A stretch of 64,000 nt of DNA from Deltaproteobacteria bacterium (GTDB lineage: Bacteria; Myxococcota; UBA727; VGSZ01). The position numbers and the translations under genes were made by a program. Every line of letters begins with the position of its first letter. Within the stretch, counting starts at the first letter, position 1. Where the stretch lies: NCBI GenBank assembly GCA_016874845.1, contig VGSZ01000002.1, positions 7,038 through 71,037 of the forward strand. The letters run 5' to 3'. This document shows positions 15,031 through 26,089 of this stretch, piece after piece. The notes beneath the pieces were generated by a model. The model made no database searches and was not told where the DNA came from. It worked only from the letters and a program-made list of their open reading frames with translations.

Positions 15031-15797
15031 CGGGAAGAGGACGTGCGGTCCCGGCGTCTCGCCGTCCGGCCCGTCCCAGGCAGGAAGAACCCCCGGTCGA
15101 AAGGGAGCTCCACCTCCTGGACGGTGAGGCACTCGGGGCACTCGACCTCGATGGCCGTGTCCACGCCGCAGTCGACCCGGTCGAGCTCATCGACGAGGAA
15201 GTCGGCGTCTCTGAGGCTGAGGTCTTCGAGGAAGCGGCGCTTGTCCTTGTCGGGCACGCCCTCGATCTCGAGGACGCGCCAGGCGAGCATCGCCGAGAGC
15301 ATCCGGTCGCCCGCGGTCTTGCGAAGCTGCGGGAGCTTGCGTTCGTCGGCGCCGTTGAGCAGCCGGAACCACACGCGCAAGCCTGCATCGGGCAGGCGCG
15401 TCTCGAATCGGTTGCCCTGCGTGAACGCCGAGCGGCTCGCGTCGCTCAGCGTGCGGACGGGCAGCCCCCCGAGGTCGAGCTCCCACTCGAAGCGCGCCCG
15501 GCACGCGTCGTTCTGGCAGCCGAGCGAGAACGCGTACTCAGGCCCGTAGGTGAGCGCGCGGACCTGCAGGAGCGCGTAGAACCGATCGCCCTGCAGGACG
15601 ACACCCCAGTCGATGCCCTTGTCGCCGAAGTCGTAGGGACCGGCGTCGGTCGTCTCCTCCCAGCACGCGGCGAGAAGCTCGTCGATCTGCCCGCCACCCT
15701 TCGCGAGCTTGCGGTCCGTGAGGATGCGTTCCTCGCGGACCTTCATGCCGCGGATACGGCCGGTAAGCCCCGACGGGCACGTGATGAGCTGCGACAT
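15024..15797 (-). CDS. Tail-module protein of unknown function with Cys-pair zinc-ribbon-like motifs
   Basis: 257-aa ORF lying between the tube and the small chaperone-like ORF. Motifs [15 protein letters not shown] and [25 protein letters not shown]. No family recognised with certainty. Confidence 0.55.
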   Translation of the reverse strand: MSQLITCPSGLTGRIRGMKVREERILTDRKLAKGGGQIDELLAACWEETTDAGPYDFGDKGIDWGVVLQGDRFYALLQVRALTYGPEYAFSLGCQNDACRARFEWELDLGGLPVRTLSDASRSAFTQGNRFETRLPDAGLRVWFRLLNGADERKLPQLRKTAGDRMLSAMLAWRVLEIEGVPDKDKRRFLEDLSLRDADFLVDELDRVDCGVDTAIEVECPECLTVQEVELPFDRGFFLPGTGRTARRRDRTSSSRC

Positions 15798-15964
15798 GGC
15801 GGTCCTCCGAGGAAACGGTCATCGGAGGACAGGCGCGCCGCCTCCACCGGAGTAGAGCCGGGCGGCGACGGGGTTGGGACGCGAGAGCGTGCGTCGCGAG
15901 CTTTACTGAACCCACCGACTTGCACGCCGAGTAAAGCGGCGTGGTTTCGTAAAGTCGGCGGGGT

Positions 15965-16426
<462 letters not shown>

Positions 16427-17201
16427 GGGTCTCCTCCTCGGGCGCCCGCGGCAGCCAGCTCGGCCTCGAGGGCCCGCGTGTCCTGGCTGATGCGGCGGAT
16501 GATGAACTCGGCCGGCTTGTTCGTGGCGAGGCCGATCCGCGCGATGAGCTTGCCCGCGAAGATGACGGTGGGCGTGTTGAGCGTGTCCGAGACGTCGATG
16601 AAGAACGCCTTGTCAGGCTCGCGGCTGCGGAAGGCGCCGTTGTTCATCTGCGTCCGCAGGAACGCCGTGATGGTCCGGAGCACCTGGGCGCGCAGCCCCT
16701 CGGTGTTGTTCTTGTGCCGAGCGAACTGCAGGCCCTGCTTGAGCGAGCGCTCGATGAAGCTCACGCCGCGTCGCTCGGCGACGTACGGAAAGTTGCCGTC
16801 GCCCTTGAGCGTGCGCGAGCCGTCGATGTAGCGCGGCAGCCCAGGGCCCGTCGTCAGCGAGTTGATGCGCTTCGGGTACACGAGGTCCCGCTTGCGCTCC
16901 TCGAGGACCTCGTCGGTCTCGAAGCCGAACACGCCGAACAGTCGGCCCGTGTCGACGCCGGCCGGCGGGTCGTAGACGCCGCCGGGACGGGCGCTGTCGG
17001 TCCGAGAGTAGACGCCCGCGAGGATGCCCGACGGCGCTACGACGATCTGGTCGTTCGACCCGAACACGCTGCGAGCCGGGTTGAGCACCTTCACGCGCGG
17101 CCAGTAGATGGCGGCGTGCTCGCTCACGTTGGAGAGGCCCGCGGTGTTGACGACGTAGTCGATGATTCCGCAGGCCGCGGCGTCGGTGCGCGTCGCGCCG
17201 G
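16427..17201 (-). pseudogene. Contractile tail sheath protein, C-terminal half
   Basis: ..[110 protein letters not shown]. It begins exactly at the GCCGG junction (17197-17201). It has no stop before the tube gene, so the frame runs on to 16057. Confidence 0.75.
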
Positions 17202-18291
17202 ACCTGCGCTCGACGCTGTCACGGATGCCGAATTCGGGGCGCTTCGCGCTGCGCTTCCTGTGGACCGGGAACCCGTCGAACCCCTTCGAGCACCCGCGCG
17301 GGTTGCGCCGCATCTTCGAGGCCGAAGAAGAAGAGGTCGCGGCTGAGCTCGTCGATCGGGTGTTGCCCGCGCTCGCCGAGGTCGAGGGCATCGGGGCCGT
17401 GGCGCGGTATCAAGACCAGATCGCGGCGGTCAAGACCGACGTGTTCGTCTTCGTCGCCGTGTCATCGACGCTCGCTGCCGCGCGGGCGACGCTCGCCACG
17501 ACGATGTGCGCGACGCACCCGGGGTGCACGACTCACGCAGTGACGACGACGGTGCGGGGCGAGGACTGGTCGGGGATCGAGGTGCGTCGCCCCGGCAAGC
17601 CACCGGTGTCAGCGTTCGTGACGGTCGAGGGGCGCGCGCTCTGGGTGTTCCGCAACCTGCCGAGCGAGGGGTGCGTGGCGCGCGAGCTGCTCGAGCAGGG
17701 CCTCGGCGAGCACAAGCTCTTCGCCTACGCGGAGCTGCGCCGCGCCGTGGAGGCCCTGCCGGCGCGCTTCACCGCTGAGGGCGAGGAGCTGGCCAGCGTC
17801 TCGCTGGTGCAGGTCGGGAGCGCGTACATCAAGGCAAAGTACGGCGCCGAGTGGGCGCAGCTCATGCGGGGCCATTGGGCGGCGTCGTTCGCGTTCCGCG
17901 ACCCGCGGGGCGCCTGGTCCATCGACATGTTCGACTTCATGAACGACGACATCGCGCTGCGCGCCCACCATGCGCGGTACGGCAGCTCATGCAGTCGTTC
18001 CACGCCAGCGACGTCAACCGCTTCATGCGTCGGCTGCGGATGGACGCGGTCTGCAAGACGAAGGTGCACGAGACCGAGGCCTGCTGCATCGATCTGTTCC
18101 AGATTGCGCGGCTCAAGGAACTCAACTTCGTCCGCGACGGATTTCTGTATGCGCTCGACTCGTACGTTCTCGACCACCGACCGGTGTCGCTGATGGATGC
18201 CCGGCGCGCGCGTGCGGAGGCGCTCCCGGCGTTCTCCGCCGGCCGGCGGCGGTCGGTGGTGATCGAGAATGGACCCGTCTTCCTCGACTGA
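17198..18291 (+). pseudogene. 3' part of the interrupted hypothetical gene (additionally frameshifted near 17980)
   Basis: Frame 17162 reads ..P|[63 protein letters not shown]...IDMFDFMNDDIALRAHHARYG. The sequence then continues in frame 17851: QLMQSFHASDVNRFMRRL..LFQIARLKELNFVRDGFLYALDSYVLDHRPVSL..ENGPVFLD*. Confidence 0.4.
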
Positions 18292-18417
18292 AGCGCCGCG
18301 CCGGGCCAGACCGTCATGCTCTGGCCTTTGCTCCCAATTCTGGAAATTCTCGGAGAAGGGAGACGTGAGGTTCGAGCGCAGCAGCGCCCCGGCCCGACGT
18401 CATGCGGGGCGAGCGCA

Positions 18418-18476
18418 GGCCCTCTCCCAGAATTCCCTGCATTGGGAGGGCAGCGGCGAAGCCGCGGGTGAGGGCC
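18418..18476. repeat. REP-like palindromic intergenic element (copy 1)
   Basis: ggccctctcccagaattccctgcattgggagggcagcggcgaagccgcgggtgagggcc. Near-identical copies lie at 34137-34190 and, more diverged, at 34017-34067. Confidence 0.7.
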
Positions 18477-18689
18477 AGTGTCGCCGCGACGGAGTGTCTT
18501 GCGATGTGGCTGCAAAGACGTCCACAGAGCGCCTCGGCGACGACCAACAAGCCGACAGCGCGCCCCAAAAAAGTCGATCCCCGATGACGCGCCGCGCCAG
18601 CCATGGCAACGATTGAACAGGCAAGTCGTTGTCGGGCAGATCGCGACCCACGCCCGTTCGTTTGTTACACTGCAGGGCCCGGGGTGCCG

Positions 18690-20156
18690 ATGAAGTTCTC
18701 CTGCGAACGTTGCCAGACGCGCTACTCGATCGGCGACGACAAGGTGAAGGGCAAGGTCCTCAAAATCCGCTGCAAGACGTGCGGCAACATCGTCGTCGTC
18801 CGCGAGCAGCAGGCCGTGTCCGAGGGCGCGGCCGCGGGCGAGGTCGCGGTGGCGGCGGCAGGCGGCTCGTCGTCAACGCCCTCACCGCCGGCGGCGCCGG
18901 CCTCGTCGAGCGCGCCCTCGTCGTCGAGCCACATCGACTGGTTCATGGCGATCAAGGGCAAGCAGCACGGCCCGGCCAAGCACGCCGAGATCGTGCGCCT
19001 GTACCGCGACGGCAAGATCACCGAGCGCACGCACCTGTGGCACGAGAAGCTGACGGCGTGGACCCGGCTGAAGGATCTGCCCGAGTTCGCTGCCGTCGTC
19101 GCCGAGGGACCGGCGCCGCGCCGCGCGCCGACGATAGCGCCGCCACCGCCGCCAGCCGAGGAGAGCGGGGCCGAGATCGTCAACTTCGAGGCCGCGCGCG
19201 CGCAGCGACAGGGCGCCTCGGTGCCGCCGACGCCGGCGCCGACGTCGCCGGGGGCCGTCACCAACGATCCGTTCGCCGCCATCGCCGGCGTCACCACCGG
19301 CAACGCCAACGACGCGCCGCGCGAGTCGACGCGCGTGTTCATCATGCAGGCCGGCCTGCACAACCGCGCCAAGAAGCAGCGGATGTACGCCGGCGTCGCC
19401 GTGCTGTGCGTGCTCGGCTTCGTCGGCCTGTGCGTCGCCGACTACCATCTCGACATCCTGGGCCTGAAAAACGTCGTCGAGCGCGTCGCGACGTCCACGG
19501 GCATCATGGACCAGCCGATCAAGAACGATTGGGACGACGTCGAGGCCGACCCGATCCTGAAGTGCCGGCTGAACCCGAACCCGGCCGAGTGCGTGAAGAA
19601 GGAGGTCGCGGCCCAGGCCGAGCGCCGCGCCCGCCGCGCCGGCAAGAAGGCCGTCGTCGCCGCCGGCGGCTCGGTCTCCGACGAGGACCTGAAGAAGGGC
19701 TTCGAGAACGGCATCGGTGGCGAGGCCGACATCGTGCGCCGCATCGGCGAGAGCAGCGGCGGCATCGACGTCACCGGCCCGTCGCTGTCCAACGACGAGA
19801 TCAAGGCGATGTTCGCGAACAAGGGCGGCCCGTCGGGCCCGCGGGTGAAGGCCGAAGCGCCCAGCGTCGCCGGCACCGCCATCGACGCCGAGAACGCCAG
19901 CAAGGTCGTGCGCGAAGGGCAGCCCGGCATCCAGGCGTGCGTCGAGGCGGCGATGAAGCTCGGCGAGGACATCCCGCCCAAGGCGCACGTGACGCTGTCG
20001 ATCCAGACCAACGGCACCGTCGAGCGGGCCATCGTCAACCAGGCCGTCATCAACGCAAGCAAGCTCGGCTCCTGCCTGACGAACACCGCGAGGAAGTGGA
20101 AGTTCGCGCCGACGCCCGAGGCCGCCGATCTTGTGATCCCCCTCGTCCTGAAGTGA
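18690..20156 (+). CDS. Zinc-ribbon (MJ0042-type) / GYF_2 / AgmX-PglI C-terminal-domain protein
   Basis: ATG at 18690: MKFSCERCQTRYSIGDDKVKGKVLKIRCKTCGNIVVV. GYF-like DWFMAIKGKQHGPAKHAEIVRLYRDGKITERTHLWHEKLTAWTRLKDLPEF, one TM segment, and a C-terminal ..IQACVEAAMKLGEDIPPKAHVTLSIQTNGTVERAIV..SCLTNTARKWKFAP. Confidence 0.8.
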   Translation: MKFSCERCQTRYSIGDDKVKGKVLKIRCKTCGNIVVVREQQAVSEGAAAGEVAVAAAGGSSSTPSPPAAPASSSAPSSSSHIDWFMAIKGKQHGPAKHAEIVRLYRDGKITERTHLWHEKLTAWTRLKDLPEFAAVVAEGPAPRRAPTIAPPPPPAEESGAEIVNFEAARAQRQGASVPPTPAPTSPGAVTNDPFAAIAGVTTGNANDAPRESTRVFIMQAGLHNRAKKQRMYAGVAVLCVLGFVGLCVADYHLDILGLKNVVERVATSTGIMDQPIKNDWDDVEADPILKCRLNPNPAECVKKEVAAQAERRARRAGKKAVVAAGGSVSDEDLKKGFENGIGGEADIVRRIGESSGGIDVTGPSLSNDEIKAMFANKGGPSGPRVKAEAPSVAGTAIDAENASKVVREGQPGIQACVEAAMKLGEDIPPKAHVTLSIQTNGTVERAIVNQAVINASKLGSCLTNTARKWKFAPTPEAADLVIPLVLK

Positions 20157-20167
20157 GCTGACCCGCC

Positions 20168-22150
20168 ATGCGCCGCTCGGGACTGTCGGCGCGCATCGTC
20201 GCCGGATTCGCGGCGCTGTTGGTGGTCTTTGGCGCCGCCAGCGCCTTCGCCTTCGTCACCCTGCGCGCCGCGCGCCGCGACCTCGTCGTGCTGTCGCGCG
20301 GCTATCTGGCCCTTGGCCGCGCCGCCACGCAGCTGCGCACGCTGCAGGAGCTGAAGGACGCCACCGTCGACCGCGCCTTGAACGAGGACGACGGGCGCCT
20401 GCGCCGACCCCTCGTCGGCTTCGCCCGCGACCTGTACCCCGCGGCCATGCGCGAGCGGCTCGACGAGATCCAGCTGCTCGCCCGCCAGCTGCAGGGCACC
20501 TCCACCGCCGACGCGCTGGTCCTCGAGACGGTCTTCGCCCAGACGCGCCGCGCCCGCGACCTCGCCGACCGCTACGACGACTCCGTCGACCGCGTGCTCG
20601 ACACCACCGAGGCCGTCGACGACGCCGAGCGCGCCGCCGTCGTCGGCGCGTGGCGCAAGCGCAGCGAGAGCTACTCGCGCGAGCTGCGCGCGATCGCCCT
20701 GGGCGTCGACACCCGCGCCGCCGACGCCCTGCTGCGCGTTGAGGCCGCCGAGGCTCGCGGGGCCTGGCTGGTGCTTGCGGTCGTCCTCTTCGCCGGCTTC
20801 GTCGGGGTGCTCGTGCTGTGGTCGATGCTGCGGGCGCTGCGCCCGCTGCGCGGGCTGGTGGAGGCGACGCGGGCCCTGCAGCAGGGCGCCGGCACCAACG
20901 TCGTCGGCGATGTCCTCGCCAGCAGCCGGGGTACCGGCATGGACGACGAGGTGACCGTGCTCGGCCGCGAGCTGCTGGCGCTGGCCCGCGCGCTCGATGA
21001 GCGCAACGTCGCGCTGGCGCAGCGCTCGCGCGAGCTGTGGCGGCTGTCGGCGTTCGCCGAGGACGTCGTGCGCTCGGTGCGCTCGGGCATCTTGGTCGTG
21101 GACGACGGCGACCGGGTGCGCTCGCTGAACCCGGCGGCGCGCTCGGTGTTCGGGCTGCCGCTCGTCGACGTCGAGGGCAAGGGCGTCACCGAGGTCCTGG
21201 GCAGCGTCACGCTGGGCACGGGCACCGAGACGTCGTCGTCGGTGGCCGACGTGGTCGCCGCGGTCAGGAAGAGCGGCAACCTGCGGTCGTTCCCGCTGGT
21301 GAAGCGGGGCGACAAGATCGTCGACGTCGCCGTGGTGCCGCTGCGCGACCGCGCCGGCTCGTCGGGGGGCGACGTGCTGCTGCTGGGTGACGACGTCACG
21401 GCCCGCGAGGACGCCCGCGGCCGCCTGGTGCAGTCGGAGCGGCTGGCGGCGATCGGGCGGCTGGCGGCGCAGATCACGCACGAGATCAGGAACCCGCTGT
21501 CGTCGATCGGCCTGAACATCGAGCTGCTCGGCGACGACGTCGAGCACCTGCCCGCGTCGCGGCAGGCCGAGGTGCGGACGATCCTCGACGCGGTGCTGTC
21601 CGAGGTGCGGCGGCTGGCCGAGATCACCGAGGGCTACCTGCGCTTCGCGCGCCTGCCGGCGCCGCAGAAGACCGAGACCGACGTCGGCGACCTGTGCGCC
21701 GGGCTGGTGGCGTTCACGCAAGGCGACGCCGCCAGCCGCGGCGTGAACGTCGAGCTACACGTCGAGCCCGCCCTGCCCGCCGTCGCCATCGACGCCGACC
21801 GGCTGCGGCAGGCGCTGTTGAACCTGCTGCGCAACGGGCTCGAGGCCGCGGGCAAGGGCGGCACCGTGCGCGTATCGGCGCGACGGCTTGACGGCGCGCG
21901 CGACGCAGGCGAGGACGACGGCAGCGACGGCGAAGGCGTCGAGCTGGTGGTCGAAGACAACGGCCCCGGCGTGCCGGCGGCGTCGCGCGACCAGATTTTC
22001 AGCCCGTTCTTCACGACGAAGAAGGAGGGCACGGGCCTTGGCCTCGTCGTCGCCCGCGAGATCGCGCGCGAGCACGGCGGCGACCTCATCGTCACTGACG
22101 GCGCCCTGGGCGGCGCCGCCTTTCTCGTCACGCTGCCAGCGGCGTCCTGA
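20168..22150 (+). CDS. Sensor histidine kinase (TM-HAMP-PAS-HisKA-HATPase)
   Basis: H-box AAQITHEIRNPLSSI, N-box LLNLLRNGLEA, G1 VEDNGPGV, G2 GTGLGLVVAREIA. Two TM segments are present in the N-terminal part. Confidence 0.85.
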   Translation: MRRSGLSARIVAGFAALLVVFGAASAFAFVTLRAARRDLVVLSRGYLALGRAATQLRTLQELKDATVDRALNEDDGRLRRPLVGFARDLYPAAMRERLDEIQLLARQLQGTSTADALVLETVFAQTRRARDLADRYDDSVDRVLDTTEAVDDAERAAVVGAWRKRSESYSRELRAIALGVDTRAADALLRVEAAEARGAWLVLAVVLFAGFVGVLVLWSMLRALRPLRGLVEATRALQQGAGTNVVGDVLASSRGTGMDDEVTVLGRELLALARALDERNVALAQRSRELWRLSAFAEDVVRSVRSGILVVDDGDRVRSLNPAARSVFGLPLVDVEGKGVTEVLGSVTLGTGTETSSSVADVVAAVRKSGNLRSFPLVKRGDKIVDVAVVPLRDRAGSSGGDVLLLGDDVTAREDARGRLVQSERLAAIGRLAAQITHEIRNPLSSIGLNIELLGDDVEHLPASRQAEVRTILDAVLSEVRRLAEITEGYLRFARLPAPQKTETDVGDLCAGLVAFTQGDAASRGVNVELHVEPALPAVAIDADRLRQALLNLLRNGLEAAGKGGTVRVSARRLDGARDAGEDDGSDGEGVELVVEDNGPGVPAASRDQIFSPFFTTKKEGTGLGLVVAREIAREHGGDLIVTDGALGGAAFLVTLPAAS

Positions 22151-22283
22151 TCCCGGCACGCCACGGCGGCGGGCCTGCGGCCCGTTCGGCAACGGGCCTG
22201 CTGCCCGTGCAGCAAGACCGCCTCCTCGGCGCGAGCCAGAGCCCGCGGTTTGCCCCCGCCGTGCGATTGGTTACGAGGACGCC

Positions 22284-24932
22284 GTGGATCTCGCAAAGCT
22301 CCTGTCACCGACGCAGCACGAGGCGGCGACGCGGGTCGACGTGCCGGTGTGCATCCTCGCGGGCGCGGGCTCGGGAAAGACGCGCGTGATCACGCACCGC
22401 ATCGCCTGGCTGATGACCGAGAAGCGCCAGACCGCCGAGAGCATCCTCGCCGTCACGTTCACCAACAAGGCCGCCGGCGAGATGCGCGAGCGCGTCGAGC
22501 GGCTCGTGCCCGGTCGCGGCTCGCGCGTGCTGCTCGGCACCTTTCATGGGCTCGCCGCGCGCCTGCTGCGCCGCTACGGGCGCATCGTGGACGTGCCGCC
22601 GGGCTTCGTCATCTACGACGCCGACGACGCCGATCGGCTCTTGCAGCGCCTCGTTGTCAACGACCTGAACATGGCGAAGGAGTCCGCGGGCCCCATCGGC
22701 CGGCTCATCGACGGCTGGCAGTGCGAGGGCCTCGGTCCGCGCGACGTGCCCGAGGGCCATGAGCTGCTCTTCCGTGACGCGCTCAAGGCCTACGACCGCT
22801 ACCTCGACAAGCTGAAGGAGGCCTCGGCGCTCGACTTCGGCGGCCTGCTGCTGAAGCTGCGCGAACTGGTGCGCCACGACGACGCGGCCGCCGCGCTCGG
22901 CCACGTGCGCCACGTGCTCGTCGACGAGTACCAGGACGTGAACCGCGTACAGGCCGACATCGTGCTCGCCCTCGCGCGACGCGCCGCCACCGTCGCCGTC
23001 GTCGGCGACGACGACCAGGCCATCTACGGCTGGCGCGGCGCCTCGGCGGACAACCTGAAGAAGTTCTTGATCGCCTTGCCGAGCGCCACGCTCATCAAGC
23101 TCGAAGAGAACTACCGCAGCACGCCCATGATCCTGCACGCCGCCAATGGGATCATCGAGAAGAACGACGTGCGCCTCGGCAAGGTGCTGCGCCCCGCCGG
23201 CGGCGACGCGGGCGCCGAGCGCGGCCGGCCGGTGCGCGTGGTGCGCGGCGCCGACGACGTCGAAGAGGCCCGCCGCGTCGGGAGCATCCTCATCGAGCAC
23301 GTCATGGCCGGCACGAAGCTCGACGAGATCGCGATCCTCTACCGCGCCAACGCCCAGTCGCGGCTGATGGAGGACGAGCTGCGCCGCCTCGCGCTGCCCT
23401 ACCGCGTCGTGGGCGGCGTGCGCTTCTACGACCGCAAAGAGGTCAAGGACGTCCTCGCCACCGTGCGCGCGGCGCTGAACCGCCGCTCCGACGTCGACGC
23501 GCTGCGCTTCCTGGCCGCCGTGCCGCGCGGCGTCGGCGACGCCAGCGTCAAGAAGGTCGACGCCGTCGCGCGCGCCCGAAGGCGTTCGCTGCTCGAGGTC
23601 TTCGCCGACGCGGCGCTGCTCGCCGAGGCCGGCCTCGCCGCCGGCGCGCAGAAGAAGTGCGCCGCCGTGGTGCAGCAGCTCGACGAGCTCGCCGACAAGA
23701 TCGGGCGCCCGCAGCGGCCGTCGTCGCAGGGCGCGCTCTTCGCCGCGACGTCGGCCCTCGGCGCCAAGGACGCCCTCGCCCTCGCCGTCGAGGCCTCGGG
23801 CGTCGCCGAGCGGCTCGCCGCCGAGGGCGGGCTCGAGGCCGAAGGGCGGCTCGAGAACCTCGCCGAGCTGGTGAACGCCGCCGCGACCTTCGAGGAGCTG
23901 GCGCGCCGCAACGGCGAGGCCGGCGACCTCGAGGCCTTCCTCGAGAGCGCGGCGCTGCTCGGCTCCGCCGACGAGAGCCCCCGGGAGGACGGCCGCGGTC
24001 AGGTCACGCTGATGACGCTGCACGCCGCCAAGGGCCTCGAGTTCGACGTCGTCTTCCTCGTCGGCCTGGAGGAGCACGGCTTCCCCCACAGCCGCGCCGT
24101 CGACGACAACACGGCCATCGAGGAGGAGCGCCGCCTCGCCTACGTGGGCATCACCCGCGCGCGGCGACGGCTCGTCTTGTCGTACGCGTCGCGCCGCATG
24201 GTGCAGGGCGTCACCATGGAGCGGCACCCGTCGCGCTTCCTGCTCGAGATCCCGCAGGACGCCCTGGACGGCGACGTGCCCCGCCGCGGCGGCGACGGCG
24301 CACGCTCGTCGACGCTGCTCGAGCAGTGGCGCGCGCGCCGCGCCGCCGCCCGCCGTGACGACGACGAGGGCGGCGGCGAGCCGGGCCGGGCGCGGGTGGT
24401 CTACGACGACGACGACGGCTTCGGCGGCGGCTTCGGCGGCGCGCCCCGACGACCGAGGGAGCCAAAGACCCGGCTGTTCCCGCTGCCGGCCGACGGCGAC
24501 GACGGCGACGACGGCGACAGTGGCCGCGCGCCCCCGGGGCCGGTGGTGGTGCGCGACGAGCCCGACGGCGGTGGCGTGGGCGGCTTCGGCGGCGCGGCGC
24601 GGCGGTTCCGGATGGGGAACACGGCGAAGATCGTCGCCGAGCGTACGCAGGGCCCGCGCGTCACGGCGGCGCCCAGGACGTCGACGGCGCCCACGACGAC
24701 GAGGACCGCCGACGTCAGCGACGTCCGCGACGTCAGCGATGTCAGCGACGTCACCAGCTACGCGACGGGGGCGCGGGTGTTCCACCGCCTGTTCGGCGAC
24801 GGCATCGTCGTGGGAGCGCGCGGCGGTGGGCGCGCGTTGAACTGTCTGGTGCGCTTCGACAGCGAGCGCGCGCCTCGCTTGATCGCGGCGCGGCATCTGA
24901 AGCCCGCTTCGGCCGCCGGAGATCCTGCATGA
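22284..24932 (+). CDS. uvrD: ATP-dependent DNA helicase UvrD/PcrA family
   Basis: GTG at 22284. LSPTQHEAA.., Walker A AGAGSGKTRVITHRIAWL, TFTNKAAGEMRERV, VDEYQDVN, YRS.., TLHAAKGLEFDVVFL, RRLAYVGITRAR. A long G/D-rich insert and a DVSDVRDVSDVSDV repeat precede the C-terminal ..GARVFHRLFGDGIVV domain. Confidence 0.9.
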   Translation: MDLAKLLSPTQHEAATRVDVPVCILAGAGSGKTRVITHRIAWLMTEKRQTAESILAVTFTNKAAGEMRERVERLVPGRGSRVLLGTFHGLAARLLRRYGRIVDVPPGFVIYDADDADRLLQRLVVNDLNMAKESAGPIGRLIDGWQCEGLGPRDVPEGHELLFRDALKAYDRYLDKLKEASALDFGGLLLKLRELVRHDDAAAALGHVRHVLVDEYQDVNRVQADIVLALARRAATVAVVGDDDQAIYGWRGASADNLKKFLIALPSATLIKLEENYRSTPMILHAANGIIEKNDVRLGKVLRPAGGDAGAERGRPVRVVRGADDVEEARRVGSILIEHVMAGTKLDEIAILYRANAQSRLMEDELRRLALPYRVVGGVRFYDRKEVKDVLATVRAALNRRSDVDALRFLAAVPRGVGDASVKKVDAVARARRRSLLEVFADAALLAEAGLAAGAQKKCAAVVQQLDELADKIGRPQRPSSQGALFAATSALGAKDALALAVEASGVAERLAAEGGLEAEGRLENLAELVNAAATFEELARRNGEAGDLEAFLESAALLGSADESPREDGRGQVTLMTLHAAKGLEFDVVFLVGLEEHGFPHSRAVDDNTAIEEERRLAYVGITRARRRLVLSYASRRMVQGVTMERHPSRFLLEIPQDALDGDVPRRGGDGARSSTLLEQWRARRAAARRDDDEGGGEPGRARVVYDDDDGFGGGFGGAPRRPREPKTRLFPLPADGDDGDDGDSGRAPPGPVVVRDEPDGGGVGGFGGAARRFRMGNTAKIVAERTQGPRVTAAPRTSTAPTTTRTADVSDVRDVSDVSDVTSYATGARVFHRLFGDGIVVGARGGGRALNCLVRFDSERAPRLIAARHLKPASAAGDPA

Positions 24933-26050
24933 CCCGCTCTCCCTGCCCCCTGTCTTCGCCGACCTCCTTCTCCGCGCTTTGGGCCGCGGGGGCCTTCGCC
25001 ATCGTCGCCGCGCTGCTTCCGGCGTGCGTTGTCGGCGCCGACGGCGGCGAAGGAGAAGGAGAAGGAGAAGGAGAAGGAGAAGGAGAAGGAGAGGTGGAGC
25101 CGTTGCCCGCCGACGACGCCGCGTGGACGTACACGCTCTTGGACGGCGCCGAGTGCGGCAACGGTGACCCGGTGGGCGTGGCGACGAACCGGGGCAGCTC
25201 GTCGCGGCTTGTCGTCTACCTCGAGGGCGGCGGCGCCTGTTGGAACTCGTTCACCTGCAGCAACGGCTTCGCGGTGTTCGTCGACACTGGGCTGCCGCAG
25301 AGCGTGATCCGCCAGATCACGTCGCTGGCCATAGGGATCTTCGATCGCGACGCCGTCGCCAACCCCTTCGCCGACGACTCGTTTGCCTACGTGCCCTACT
25401 GCACCGGCGACGTGCACTCCGGCGCGCGCGCCGAGACGCCGTGGGGCGTCCGCCACGTCGGCAGCACGAACCTCGCCGTGATGCTGCCGCGCATCCTCGC
25501 CACCTGGCCCGACGCCACCGAGGTCGTCCTCGCCGGCGCGTCGGCGGGCGGCTACGGCGTCGTCTACAACGCCGAGCGGCTGCGGGCGCTGCTGCCGCTT
25601 TCAACGACACTGTCGCTGGTGATCGACTCGGGCATCCCGCTGCCGCCCTTCCCCGGCGCCGCAGTCTACGCCGCCGAGCAGGTCGCCGCCTGGCAGCCCA
25701 CGCTGTGCGACGGCTGCGACACCGTCGACGAGATGTTCGATCATGTCGTCAGCGCGCTGCCCGACGCGCGCATCGGCCTGATCCAGAGCAACGCCGACTC
25801 GACGCTGCGCCAGTTCTATTCGCCCGACGGCAACCGCCTGCCGGTCGCCACCTGGAAGGCCGCCGTCGACGCCTTCGTCGACGCCCGCGGCGACCGCGCC
25901 AACGTGCGCTTCTTCGTCACCGACGAGGAGCGCCACGTCTACGTCTACGACCGGGATCTTGCGGCCACCGTCGTCGACGGCATGACGTTGTCCGACTTCA
26001 TGGCCGGGGTCGCAGGCGACGGCGACTACGTCTCGGCCGTAGCTCCCTGA
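24929..26050 (+). CDS. Lipoprotein, pectin-acetylesterase/Notum-like alpha/beta hydrolase
   Basis: The ATG overlaps the uvrD stop (ATGA). Lipobox LLPAC, then a (GE)7 linker. YLEGGGACWNSFTC, PYCTGDVHSG and GASAGGYG motifs. Confidence 0.7.
   Translation: MTRSPCPLSSPTSFSALWAAGAFAIVAALLPACVVGADGGEGEGEGEGEGEGEGEVEPLPADDAAWTYTLLDGAECGNGDPVGVATNRGSSSRLVVYLEGGGACWNSFTCSNGFAVFVDTGLPQSVIRQITSLAIGIFDRDAVANPFADDSFAYVPYCTGDVHSGARAETPWGVRHVGSTNLAVMLPRILATWPDATEVVLAGASAGGYGVVYNAERLRALLPLSTTLSLVIDSGIPLPPFPGAAVYAAEQVAAWQPTLCDGCDTVDEMFDHVVSALPDARIGLIQSNADSTLRQFYSPDGNRLPVATWKAAVDAFVDARGDRANVRFFVTDEERHVYVYDRDLAATVVDGMTLSDFMAGVAGDGDYVSAVAP
25046..25095. repeat. (GAAGGA)n hexanucleotide array encoding a (GE)n tether
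   Basis: ggcgaaggagaaggagaagga... lies directly after the lipobox Cys of the 24929 gene. It uses GAA/GGA codons, unlike the other arrays. Confidence 0.9.
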
Positions 26051-26089
26051 ACGATCAACCCCGCGCACTGTCGCTGACGGAGAAGCCCC

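Noticed and set aside
17989-18291. A possible independent 100-aa gene starting MQSFHASDVNRF...
   Set aside because: The sequence continues a protein-like frame that begins upstream and is offset by one frameshift near 17980. I therefore treat it as the 3' part of the interrupted hypothetical pseudogene. An independent small gene cannot be excluded.
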